From Nitrospirota bacterium (GTDB lineage Bacteria > Nitrospirota > UBA9217), in contig CAWBNQ010000001.1 in NCBI GenBank assembly GCA_963790205.1, forward strand, positions 896,001 through 960,000: a stretch of 64,000 nt of DNA, written 5' to 3'. The notes beneath the pieces are model-generated. The model saw only the letters and a list, made by a program, of their open reading frames with translations. It did no database searches and was not told where the DNA came from. Positions 30,465 through 40,846 of the stretch are shown here, one piece after another; within the stretch, counting starts at the first letter, position 1; each line of letters starts with the position of its first letter. A program made the position numbers and the translations under genes.

Positions 30465-31474
30465 TCATTCCCACCGGAAGATGAGCGAACCGATCGAAAG
30501 AAAGACCGCAGTCATGAGAACGAGGACCGCGAGGTGCGGCGCGATGTCCGCAAGGCCCGCGCCCTCGGTCATGATCGCCCGGGCTCCGTCGACCAGGTGC
30601 GTCAGGGGCAGGAACTGGGCGATCTTCCGGACGATGGGGTTCGTGCCTTCGAGGGAGAACCAGACGCCGGAAAGGAGCATCATGGGCCAGGTGATGAGGT
30701 TCAGGATGCCGCCGGCCAACTCCTCGCTCGAAAGCCGCGCCGCCACGAGCAGGCCGAGGGAGATCAGGCAGATCGCGCCCAAGAGGGAGATGAGGAACAG
30801 GTTCGCGTAGGAGCCGCGCATCTGGAAGTGGATGAAGTAATTGCAGCCTGCGTAGACAAGGACCGTGATGATCTGGATCAGGAGAAGCCGCGACACCATC
30901 TGGGCAAGCAGAAACTCGAAGGGCCGAAGCGGGGTCGCCTTGAGGCGCTTCAAGAACCCGTTCTTGCGGTACCGTACGATCACGTAGCCCACGCCGAAGA
31001 GGCAGGAAAACATCATGTTCATGGCGAGGATGCCGGGGACCACCCAGTCCACGTAGCGGATCTCGTGTCCCGTGACCGCGTTTCTCTGGTATGCGGTCTT
31101 CCCTTCGGCCCCGAGCATCCGTTCAAGCACGTAGCCGTTCGGCGAGTTTGTATTGATCCAGTAGCGCTGGCCCTGTGCGCAGGTCCACCAGCATGTCGAG
31201 CTGGAAGTGTTCCACCTTGTCGATGCCCTTGGCCTGGTCATCGACCGGGATGAACTGCACGTACTTCGTTTGAAAGAACGCGGCTTCCGCCTGCTTCAGC
31301 GTCGACTGGATCGCCCATGACGCCGACCTTGAACAGGGGCTTCGGCTCCCCGGTGAAGACCACGGCGAAGCCGACGACGAGCAGGAGCGGGAAGAGGATG
31401 TTCCAGCCCAAAGACGACTTGTCGCGGATGAACTCCATGTTCCGGGCGTGCAGGATGGCGAGAAATCTTTTCAT
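30465..31474 (-). pseudogene. ABC-2 permease split across three frames (two +1 insertions)
   Basis: Joins as ...VMGD | QSTLKQAEAAFFQTKYVQFIPVDD...DMLVDL | AQGQRYWIN; shifts near 31310 and 31180. Confidence 0.8.
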
Positions 31475-31515
31475 TGCTTACCTCGAGTACCCAGGCCATT
31501 CGAAAAAAACTATCT

Positions 31516-31597
31516 CGCGCGGAGGCGCGGAGGCCGCGGAGAACAACGATGAAAAACGTTAAATCTTAAACTCTGCAGTCCTCCGCGTCTCCGCGTG
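31516..31597. repeat. 8/9-nt periodic palindrome (CGCGGAG type)
   Basis: cgcgcggaggcgcggaggccgcggag / ctctgcagtcctccgcgtctccgcgtg. Confidence 0.75.
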
Positions 31598-31638
31598 GAA
31601 CATTTTTCTGCTTTGAATGGGATTTGGTGATCAACAAT

Positions 31639-32523
31639 CTAACTTCTCAGGTCTTTTCCCGTGAGCGCAATGAACAGGTCCTCAAGGCTCCAGGACCGTA
31701 TGTTCATCCGGTTGAGGGACACGCCGCGCTCCAGAAGCGTTCTGATCGTGGTATCAACGTCGTGGGTCTGTATCTCACACCATTCGCGCTGCTCGGAGGC
31801 GCAGAGGCCCAGGCCCTCGAGCTTGCCGTCAACGTCTTCAACCGGAAATTGCAGGACCACGTCGCCGAAATGCTCCTTGAGCAGGTGCTCGGGCGTGCCT
31901 TGCGCGACGATCCTGCCGCGGTCCATGATCGCGATCTCGTCGCAGAGCGTGTAGGCCTCGTCCATGTAGTGCGTGGTCAGAACGATCGTCTTATCACGGG
32001 ACTTGATGAGGTTGATGAGGTCCCAGAAATTCCGGCGCGACTGCGGGTCCAGCCCGGTCGTGGGCTCGTCGAGAAAGAGCACCTCCGGGTCGTTGATGAT
32101 CGCCAGGGCCATCAAAAGCCTCTGCCGCTGGCCCCCTGAAAGCTTTCGCGTGTCGCGGTCGAGGAACTCCTCGAGCGCGCAGAGGCGGATGACCTCGTCC
32201 AGGCCCAGGGTCCGGGGATAGAAGTTCCTGAACAGCCGCAGGGTCTCCCGTACGGTCAGAAATTCCTGGAGCGAGGTGACCTGGAACTGGATGCCCGCCT
32301 CTTTCCTGAAGCGGGCGCCCACGGGCGCTCCCTTGTAGAGCGTGCCGCCGGAGTCCGGCGGCCGGATCCCTTCGACGATCTCGATGAGCGTGGTCTTGCC
32401 GGCGCCGTTCGGGCCGAGCAGACCGAAACAGATGCCCTGCTCGATCGTCAGGCTCACGTTGTCCACGGCCTTGACGCCGGGGAACGTCTTGACCAGGTCC
32501 TTTACTTCGATAACAGGCGCCAT
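31639..32523 (-). CDS. ABC-2 type transporter ATP-binding protein
   Basis: GPNGAGKTT, LSGGQRQR, FLDEPTTGLDP, TTHYM. Confidence 0.9.
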   Translation of the reverse strand: MAPVIEVKDLVKTFPGVKAVDNVSLTIEQGICFGLLGPNGAGKTTLIEIVEGIRPPDSGGTLYKGAPVGARFRKEAGIQFQVTSLQEFLTVRETLRLFRNFYPRTLGLDEVIRLCALEEFLDRDTRKLSGGQRQRLLMALAIINDPEVLFLDEPTTGLDPQSRRNFWDLINLIKSRDKTIVLTTHYMDEAYTLCDEIAIMDRGRIVAQGTPEHLLKEHFGDVVLQFPVEDVDGKLEGLGLCASEQREWCEIQTHDVDTTIRTLLERGVSLNRMNIRSWSLEDLFIALTGKDLRS

Positions 32524-32529
32524 GAACTC

Positions 32530-32558
32530 AAAGTACCATGGGGGGGCCTCTCTGTCAA
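32530..32558 (-). promoter_or_regulatory. sigma-70 promoter giving a probably leaderless transcript
   Basis: TTGACA-17 bp-TACTTT (TG-extended), 6 nt before ATG 32523, no SD. Confidence 0.65.
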
Positions 32559-32646
32559 GGGAACGAAGTAAGGATCGTGCGAACAAGGACGGACGCCCCT
32601 GATGGTTTCACTTGAGTCAGAATGGATATTCGTGTAAAGTATCCTC

Positions 32647-33066
32647 ATGATCCCGATAGCGAAAAATATATCTCTTAATGAGAGCGAGATCGAGCTCCGC
32701 TTCGTCCGCGCTTCGGGGCCGGGCGGGCAGAACGTGAACAAGGTGTCCACGGCCGTCCAGCTCCGCTTCGATGTGGGGAATTCCCCCTCGCTCCCCGGGG
32801 ACGTGCGCACGCGCCTCATCCGCCTGGCAGGCAGGCGCATCACCCAGGACGGCATCCTCCTCATCGAAGCCCGCCAGTTCCGCACCCAGGAGCGGAACCG
32901 CGAGGACGCAATCGAGCGTCTCGTGGAGCTGATCCGCCAGGCCACGCAGCGGCCCAAGCCGCGGAAAAAGACGAAGCCGTCCCGGGCGGCAAAGGAACGC
33001 CGGATCGAGGGCAAGAAGCAGAGAGGCAAGGTCAAGCAGATGCGGGGAGCGGCGAATCCGGATTGA
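32647..33066 (+). CDS. arfB: Alternative ribosome rescue peptidyl-tRNA hydrolase ArfB
   Basis: ASGPGGQNVNKVSTAV, RTQERNR, basic C-terminal tail. Confidence 0.95.
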   Translation: MIPIAKNISLNESEIELRFVRASGPGGQNVNKVSTAVQLRFDVGNSPSLPGDVRTRLIRLAGRRITQDGILLIEARQFRTQERNREDAIERLVELIRQATQRPKPRKKTKPSRAAKERRIEGKKQRGKVKQMRGAANPD

Positions 33067-33387
33067 TCCTTCTGCAAAGATTACATCATGATCGTGATTT
33101 TTTTTGGGTAGTTCGTCGCACCGTTGTGTGGACGTGCGTGGGTTGGGCAGAGCTTCAAGCTTTTGCTTTTCCAGAGGCCCCTGCATCCCGCGAACAGGGA
33201 CGCGCATTACATGCCCGGCAGAGAAGCCCGGTGAACCAAAATCACGCATGCGCGTGCGAAGCGTAAGCGCTCATGGGCTGACGTATCGACAAGTAAAGAC
33301 AGAAGACACCCTTGCATGTCTGCGCGGACCCGTGAGCGACGGTGCAGAAAAAATAAAAGGATCGTGAGCTTCCTGAAGGAGTATTTT

Positions 33388-34071
33388 TTGGCCCAGCCGT
33401 GGCAGACAATAGACAAGGCGGACACCGCTGACGGCGCGCTCGAACTGCGAAAGCGGGGCGAGCGGGACTTCCTGATCCTTATCAACAACCGCGTGCTCAT
33501 GAACAGCAGCGCGAACCGGTCCGAGCTTGCTCTTGGCGAGCTTGCCTGCCGGGAGGTCGCCGCCCGTCCGCGGCCTCGTGTGCTCATCGGCGGCCTGGGC
33601 ATGGGGCTGACCCTGCGGGCTGCCCTCGATTCACTTCCCGCGACCGCGCAGGTCGTTGTTGCCGAGATCAACCCTGTTGTCGTCACGTGGTGCCGCGGAC
33701 CCCTCGCGGAACTGAGCAGAAAAGCAGCGGACGATCCCCGGGTCCTGGTCGTTAATGATGATGTTGTTGCCGTGATCGCAAAGGCGGGGCCGGGAGGGGA
33801 GCGTTATGACGCCATCATCATCGACCTTTACGAAGGACCGCATGCCGGCACGGACGCATCGAATGATCCGTTCTATGGAAGCCGCGCTTTGAAGAAGACG
33901 GTTGCAGCCCTTTCTTCGGGCGGCGTTTTTGCCGTATGGGGTGAGGCACCTGACGCTGTTTTTGAAAAGCGCCTGAGAACTGCGGGATTTACGGTTACTG
34001 CGCAGCGCCCGGGCAGGGGCGGGTTACGGCATGTGGTGTATGTGGCGCGGATACCGGCTGCCAGGCCGTAA
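33388..34071 (+). CDS. Spermidine synthase-like SAM-binding protein
   Basis: VLIGGLGMG, VVAEI, DAIIIDL, FAVW; SD AAGGAG with TTG start. Confidence 0.8.
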   Translation: MAQPWQTIDKADTADGALELRKRGERDFLILINNRVLMNSSANRSELALGELACREVAARPRPRVLIGGLGMGLTLRAALDSLPATAQVVVAEINPVVVTWCRGPLAELSRKAADDPRVLVVNDDVVAVIAKAGPGGERYDAIIIDLYEGPHAGTDASNDPFYGSRALKKTVAALSSGGVFAVWGEAPDAVFEKRLRTAGFTVTAQRPGRGGLRHVVYVARIPAARP

Positions 34072-34143
34072 AAAAGGAAAAAGGTTATTAGTGATTACGG
34101 GTAACGTTAAGGATCCTGCCTCTTCCCATTCGACCAATGCGCA

Positions 34144-34349
34144 TTACGCCTGTAATGATTTGATACGGATATAAAAATTGCATAACTTGCAATCACCGAT
34201 CTTTTTTGCCATCACGCCCTGAACCGTTCCTCCGCACAGGGCTCCCGCAACGCGCCAGCATGATCTCCCCGCGTTCCGCGTAAAAGCCGAACACGTGTGC
34301 CGCCGTTCCTCAGGGCACGTATAAAACGCCAGCAATTCAGGCGTCGCAT
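34144..34349 (-). pseudogene. Two-CW-motif small Cys-rich protein with a -1 frameshift
   Basis: GAGGT-7 nt-ATG gives MRRLNCW, continuing in another frame as FYTCPEE...CWRVAGALCGGTVQG...CKLCNFY. Confidence 0.7.
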
Positions 34350-34575
34350 GCGGCGTACCTCGTTTCACCGTTTGTTAAAGAACCACCAGTATTTAATTCC
34401 GCTTCCGCACTCAATTCAATACTCCAGTCAGAGTATTTTGCCGGTACTGATATTTCCTCCATGATGTGTGCGTCAGGGTCTGCCGTTGCCGGGAAAACCA
34501 CGATTTCGGTTGCAATCCGGCACGGCCCGGAGTACATTGGCCGATGCGAAAAGTCAGGCGCGAACGAGGTAATGC

Positions 34576-36472
34576 ATGGCATTAGTCAGTTTACAGAGTG
34601 TGAACGTCAGCTTCGGCGGGCCGCTTCTGCTCGAAGGGGTTGATCTCTCCATCGACCGCGGCGAGCGCGTTTGTCTTGTCGGCAGGAACGGCACGGGAAA
34701 GTCCACGATCATGCGGCTCATCACCGGCGAGGTGAAGCCCGATGCCGGCAAGATCGTTTTTCAGCAGGGCGTGAAGATCACGCTCCTCACCCAGGAGGTC
34801 CCCCAGGCGCTTTTCGGCAGCGTGTTCGACATCGTCTCAAGCGCGTTCGGCGAGCAGGGGAAACTTCTCGCCGCGTACCACCACGTGAGCGGCAAGCTGG
34901 CCCATGAGCACAGCGAGAAGCTGATGGCCGAACTCGAAGATGTGCAGCACAGGTTCGAGGCGGCCGGCGGCTGGCAGATGCAGCAGCGGGTCGAGACCAT
35001 CCTGACGCGGCTGTCAGCTTCCCGAGGACGCGGAGTTCTCCGAGCTCTCGGGCGGGCTCAAGCGGCGCGTCCTGCTCGCAAAGGCCCTGGCAAGCGAGCC
35101 GGACCTTTTGCTCCTTGATGAACCGACGAACCATCTTGACATCGATTCCATAGCCTGGCTCGAAGAATTTTTGCTGTCCTTCGGCGGAACGCTGCTGTTC
35201 GTGACCCACGACCGGGCGCTGCTCCAGAAGCTCGCGACCAGGATCATCGATCTCGACCGCGGCAGGCTCACGAGCTGGCCCGGGAGCTACCAGGCCTATC
35301 TCGAGCTCAAACAGGCCGCGCTCGACGCCGAGGCAACGGAGAACGCGAAGTTCGACAAGAAGCTTGCCGCTGAAGAGGTCTGGATCCGGCAGGGGGTCAA
35401 GGCGCGTCGGACGCGGAACGAAGGCCGGGTGCGCGCGCTCAAGGAACTCAGGAGGACCAGGAGCGAGCGGCGGGAGGTGACGGGCACGGCGCGGATGCAG
35501 ATGCAGGAAACGGAGCGCACCGGCAAACTCGTGATCGAGGCGGCCAAGGTAAGCCACAGTTACAATGGACAGCCGGTCATCCGCGATTTTTCCACGACCA
35601 TTATCCGCGGCGACAAGGTAGGCATCATCGGGCCGAACGGTTCGGGCAAGACCACGCTGCTCAAAATCCTGCTCGGCGAGCTGAAACCTCAAAAGGGGAT
35701 CGTGAAGCACGGCACCAATCTCGAAGTGGCTTACCTCGACCAGCACCGGGAGCAGCTCGATGATGAAAAGACCGTGCAGGACAACGTCGCCTATGGCAGC
35801 GATCACGTGACCATCAACGGCAACCGGCGGCATGTGATCGGTTATCTCCAGGATTTTCTGTTCTCTCCCGCGCGCGCGCGCAGTCCCGTGAAGGTTCTCT
35901 CCGGCGGAGAACGGAACCGGCTGCTTCTCGCCAAGCTCTTTACCAAACCTTCGAACGTGCTCGTGCTCGACGAGCCCACGAACGACCTCGATATCGAGAC
36001 CCTCGACCTGCTTGAGGAGCTTTTGATGGACTATCCCGGCACCGTGCTCCTCGTGAGCCATGACCGGGCGTTCATCAACAACGTGGTCACGAGCACGCTG
36101 GCGCTTGAAGGCGAAGGCAGCGTGAATGAATATGTCGGGGGGTATGACGACTGGCTGCGCCAGGGTAAGCGAAAGAACGAGACTCCGGCCGTACAGGTCA
36201 AACCTGAAGAGAAAAAGGAAACGCCCGCTCCATCAAAAGAGAAGCCGCGCAAGCTGACCTTTAAGGAGCAGAAGGAGCTTGATATCCTGCCGAAGCGCAT
36301 CGAAGAGCTCGAAGCGGAACAACAGCAGCTCCAGGCGACCATGGCTGCCCCGGCCTTTTATCGCGAAAGCGGAAAAAAGGTCACTGAGTACAAGGCGCGG
36401 CTTGTGGTATTGGAGAAAGAACTGGCTGAAGTGTATAAGCGATGGGATGAGCTTGAGGCGCTGAAGGGATAA
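34576..36472 (+). pseudogene. uup: ABC-F family ATPase Uup with one +1 frameshift (~35014)
   Basis: Two ABC cassettes; LTRL-(t)-QLPEDAEFSELSGG; WIRQGVKARRTRNEGRVRAL linker; C-terminal coiled coil. Confidence 0.85.
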
Positions 36473-36494
36473 ATATTTATGGAGACGACGGCGT

Positions 36495-36646
36495 TTCCAA
36501 GCGTTCCCGCGTCTCCATGCGGATGAAAAAAATACACCGGCACGGGCCTCGGCATCGCCATCCACAAAAAAATCGTGGAGCGGCACGGAGGCCGCATTCG
36601 GGTTCATCCCGCACTGGCCTGGGCGCTACGTTTTATTTCACGACCT
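36495..36646 (+). pseudogene. Histidine kinase HATPase C-terminal fragment
   Basis: F.RLH, then YTGTGLGIAIHKKIVERHGGRI, then GATFYFT across frameshifts. Confidence 0.7.
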
Positions 36647-36686
36647 CATGCACCCGGTTACGTGCCGCGCCCGTAAAGACCGTATC

Positions 36687-36872
36687 TCAGTCCGTTTTCC
36701 TGTCGGTCGTAATGATGATTTTCCCGTCGGTTTCAGCCTGGCGATACAGGGGGCACATCTTGTGTTGGTCCCGCCTGCAGAATTCATCCAGTTCGAACAT
36801 GCTTGGGATGTAGCTCTCCTTGACAGCAGTGCAGCAGATCATATATTTACCCTTTAGGAGCATACATTTCAT
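36687..36872 (-). CDS. Small Cys-rich hypothetical protein
   Basis: SD GGGGAG; MKC...CC...YIPSMFELDEFC...CPLY. Confidence 0.65.
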   Translation of the reverse strand: MKCMLLKGKYMICCTAVKESYIPSMFELDEFCRRDQHKMCPLYRQAETDGKIIITTDRKTD

Positions 36873-36964
36873 GGTTGTCTCCCCCATGCGCCTGGCAGAA
36901 TCAAGAGGCGAAAAAATGTATTCTTATCCCGGGCCTGGTCCGCAGTCCTGGCCCTCCTCGTTTA

Positions 36965-38864
36965 TTAAAACCGTTCAAAGTCCGCATCGTTATTACCATT
37001 GCCGTTGTTACCGTCGGCGCCACTATCGCTCATATTCAGGGCCACGCCGGCGGGTTTAAAACGCGCCCGCGTTAAAACGGGTTTCCGCGCTTTCGCGCCC
37101 CCGTGGGCGACGAGAGCGGTCTGGATCTTGCGGACAGGTTTGCCGGGATTTTGTTTTTCTTCTGTCAATGGCTTTGCCGCTTTTCGATCGATATCGGCAA
37201 CCTTAAAGAATGAAATCGTGCCCTGGAGCTGTTCGGCTTGTGATGAAAGTTCCTCGGCTGTCGATGCCATTTCCTCCGCCCCTCCGGCGTTGTGCTGAAT
37301 CACCTGATTCAGCTGCTGGATAGCGGCATCGATCTGGTTGGAGCCGCTCGCCTGCTCTTTGCTTGCCGCACTGATCTCCTGCACCAGTTCCGCGGTCTTG
37401 TGAATGTCCGGCACGAGCTTGGAGAGCATGGAGCCCGCCCGCTCTGCTATCTCGACGCTCGTGGTCGACAGCTTGCCGATCTCACCGGCAGCCGCCTGGC
37501 TTCTCTCCGCAAGTTTCCTCACCTCCGACGCGACAACGGCAAAACCTTTACCGTGTTCGCCGGCCCGTGCCGCCTCGATGGCGGCATTCAGCGCCAGAAG
37601 GTTCGTCTGGCGCGCAATCTCTTCAATGATCGAAATCTTTCCCGCGATGTCCTTCATGGCGGCCACGGCCTCGATCACGGCCTTCCCGCTCTCCGTGGCA
37701 TCCGCCGACGACTGGATCGCGATCTTCTCTGTCTGGAAGGCATTGTCGGCATTCTGTTTGATCGTTGCGTTCATCTCCTCGATGGACGAAGACGCCTGCT
37801 CGGCGGCCGCGGCCTGCTCGGTCGTGCCCTGGGAGAGCTGCTCGGAACCGGCTGATAACTGCTGGCTCCCGGAGGCCACGTTGTCGGCCGCATCCTGTAC
37901 GGAGGTGACGATGTCCTTCAACTGTATGACGGTTTTATTGACTGTTTCGACCAAAAGCCCTATCTCGTCATCACGCTCAGCCTGCAACTCGATCGTCAGG
38001 TCGCCGTTGCTCAGCCTGCCCAGATTTTCCACGAGCATGTTTACCTGTCGTTCGAGGTACTCTTTCTGCTCGACGGCATCCTTCTGCAGGCGCTTCACCT
38101 CACTGATGTCGATGATGACCTCCATCCCGCCGTAGGGTGTGCCGTCCTCGTTCAGGAGCGCCGAGCATGCCGCCTGAATATGAAATTTCCGGCCGTCGCG
38201 CGTCTCGGCCGTGGTCTCGCCGACGATGTTTTCTCCGCTCCGCATGCAGTTCTTCAGGGTGCAGTTCGCCGTGCCGCACAAAGGGGTCTTCGACAGGTGC
38301 GCGCAGGTCATTTTCCCGACCACTTCGTCCCGGTTGTATCCCATGAACTTCAAGGCGGCATCGTTGACGGAGGTGACGACCAGGTTTTTATCCACGACGA
38401 ACATCGGCGCAGCAATAGAGGCAAGGATATTCTCCGTTTCCCGTCTGGCCCGCACCACTTCCGTCTGGTCGCTGATCACCTCAATGCCGCCCTGTATGTT
38501 TCCCTGCGGGTCCACAATAGGCGAACAGGCGGCCCTGATTGGGAACTTTCTTCCGTCCCTGGTTTGCGCGATGCGTGTCTCCGACGATCGTCTCACCGGT
38601 ACGCATGCAGTTCTTGAGGGTGCAGCTAGCTGTGCCGCACAAGAGCGTTTTTTGAAACTCGGCACAGGTCATCTTCCCCACCACTTCGTCGCGGTGGTAG
38701 CCCATTGTTTTAAGGGCGGCATCATTGACGGAGGTGATGATCAGATTCCTGTCCACCACCACCATCGGCGCGGCGATAGAAGCAAGCTCGTTTTTTAATA
38801 CGGTTATAGAACCTTGCAATCTGGCATTTTCCTCAAGTACATCCTTTTTTAAGAATTCAAACAT
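36965..38864 (-). pseudogene. Cytoplasmic methyl-accepting chemotaxis protein with two Cys-rich PAS domains and HAMP; one +1 frameshift (~38574)
   Basis: [40 protein letters not shown]; duplicated [11 protein letters not shown]-(c)-IAQTRDG. Confidence 0.85.
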
Positions 38865-39416
38865 GGTATACCCCCTTTTGAGAAATCCCCATTGGCTACA
38901 GGAAAGTACGATTTGCTGATCATAACTGAAGCATTTTGAACTCATCAGAGGACGCCAGCCGTGTATAGTGCCAAAGCCTGAAGCGGTCCTTGCGTCATCA
39001 TAATGGGATAATGAGCATCGTTGCTCACCTTAACTATCATCGGCTGTGGATTATTCCTCTCATGAGAAAAAATCAGGTGTTAAAAAAACTGTTTCATGTC
39101 CGGATGCGCCTGGTTTTTTACTGCAGATAGATACAAACAATATAAATAAATGTTTAATTATTATTCAATATAAAGATATAATTTGCATTATTTATGCCCG
39201 AAATACATTTAAATGCATTCTTTTAAATATCAATTGGTTATTTTATAGTGTTTTATGTGTATTGATTGGAAAGGCTACACAGACGGAATTTTGACACCAA
39301 AACAATGGCAGTAATATATACGAGGCTTATGGAAGGACAGGGTTCTGCGGTTGGGTGCCGGGTATCTCCGCCGCACCAGTTTTTTCTAGCAATAAATATC
39401 TTACAACTTGAACTTA

Positions 39417-40424
39417 TTAAGAGATTGGAGGGGCGCAGCACGTTTGAGAAGTTACTGCAATGGAGAGACTGCCGAAATAACCCCGGATTTCCTGCTCCAC
39501 GTTTTCAGCCAGCGGGAGATGATTAATTCTCGTCCGAAATTCCGCACCGCCCGGCAGGCCTTTCGTGTACCAGCAGAGGTGCTTGCGCATCTCGCGCACG
39601 CCGATATTTTCTCCCAGCACAGTAACCATATCATTCAGATGCCGGAGCATGACGGCTTGCCGTTCCTCGAGTGTCGGAGGGGCAGGCACAACGCCCGTCT
39701 CAAGGTACTGCTTCGCCTCGCGGAAGATCCAGGGGTTGCCCTGGACCGCCCTTCCAATCATGACGCCGTCGCAGCCGGTCTCGTCCTTCATCCGTTTTGC
39801 ATCCTGCGCTGTACGCACATCGCCGTTCCCGATCACCGGAATGGCGACGGATTTTTTTACAACCTTGATCATGCCCCAGTCCGCCTGGCCCGAGAAGCCC
39901 TGTGCCTTCGTCCTGCCGTGCACAGTCACCGCGACGATACCGACGGCTTCAGCCGCCTGGGCGAGATCCACGGCAACGATACTTTTTGCATCCCAGCCAA
40001 GGCGGATCTTTATTGTCACGGGAACCTTCGAATATTGCACAACCGCGGACATGATGTCTTTTGCGAGCCCGATATCGCGAAGCAGCGCCGAACCAGCGCC
40101 GGACTTCAGGATCTTCGGCACGGGACAGCCCATATTGATGTCGATGAAATCCACTTCTCCCTGCGACACGATATGCGCAGCTTCGGCCATGGACGCGGGC
40201 TTAGAGCCGAATATCTGGAACACCACCGGCCGCTCTGCCGGGTCCGTATGGAGCATGCCGTGGGTACGCTTATGCTCCCGGATCAGCGCCTCGACGCTCA
40301 CCATCTCGGAGAATACGAGCCCGGCCCCGAGGTCCCTGCAGATCATGCGGAAGGGGAAATCAGTTATCCCCGCCATGGGGGCGAGCACGAGGGGGGCCGT
40401 TTTGAGAAGGTCGCCGATATTCAC
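39417..40424 (-). CDS. dusB: tRNA-dihydrouridine synthase B
   Basis: LAPMAGITD, IDINMGCP, KIRLGW, VHGRT, GNGD, MRKH. Confidence 0.92.
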   Translation of the reverse strand: MNIGDLLKTAPLVLAPMAGITDFPFRMICRDLGAGLVFSEMVSVEALIREHKRTHGMLHTDPAERPVVFQIFGSKPASMAEAAHIVSQGEVDFIDINMGCPVPKILKSGAGSALLRDIGLAKDIMSAVVQYSKVPVTIKIRLGWDAKSIVAVDLAQAAEAVGIVAVTVHGRTKAQGFSGQADWGMIKVVKKSVAIPVIGNGDVRTAQDAKRMKDETGCDGVMIGRAVQGNPWIFREAKQYLETGVVPAPPTLEERQAVMLRHLNDMVTVLGENIGVREMRKHLCWYTKGLPGGAEFRTRINHLPLAENVEQEIRGYFGSLSIAVTSQTCCAPPIS

Positions 40425-40787
40425 GAGGGCATTATAAGGGATTTTGCGAAGACTTCCAAGGATGAAAAGAGGCCGCAAGAAGAAATATCCGCTGTTCCAG
40501 CAATGCCTTGACCGGCAGCTGGTCCCTTCCCGGTCCAAATGAATTAAACGGCCCCATCACTTTGGCGGTGCGGAATGATAAAATCTGCTCCGATGCGACG
40601 CAAACCCGAGGAGGAACTGCTGCAGGTTCAAGGAAAATCAGGTGAGTTTCCCCGCTGGGACCGGATGCCGACGGTCGTGCTCGGTTTCCTAAAAAAAAGC
40701 CTGTTAGCGGCCCGGCTACCCGCTGATTTTCATCGCTTGGATGCACCGGGGGAAATCCCGCCGAATCTCATGGACAGGAGAAAATCC

Positions 40788-40816
40788 TTGACAATAAGGG
40801 GCTTATCTTATATATT
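40788..40816 (+). promoter_or_regulatory. sigma-70 promoter of the ffh operon
   Basis: TTGACA-17 bp-TATATT. Confidence 0.7.
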
Positions 40817-40846
40817 CTATATTCTTTGCCAAACGGGTGCCTTCGT

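Noticed and set aside
33100..33210. DksA/TraR zinc-finger remnant on the minus strand (LEKQKLEALP)
   Set aside because: Only a short resemblance; the required cysteines are missing.
35005..35025. Programmed ribosomal frameshift in uup
   Set aside because: No slippery sequence or stimulatory structure; it belongs to a local cluster of indels better explained as errors or lesions.
38950..39050. c-di-GMP-I riboswitch or sigma-54 promoter upstream of the MCP (minus strand)
   Set aside because: GACGCAA and TGGCAC are present, but the GNRA-capped P2 stem and the -12 GC at correct spacing are missing.
40430..40790. SRP RNA or 6S RNA upstream of ffh
   Set aside because: No SRP domain IV motif (CAGG...GGAA...AGCAG hairpin) or long 6S-like rod could be identified by eye; the short ORFs here are unconvincing.
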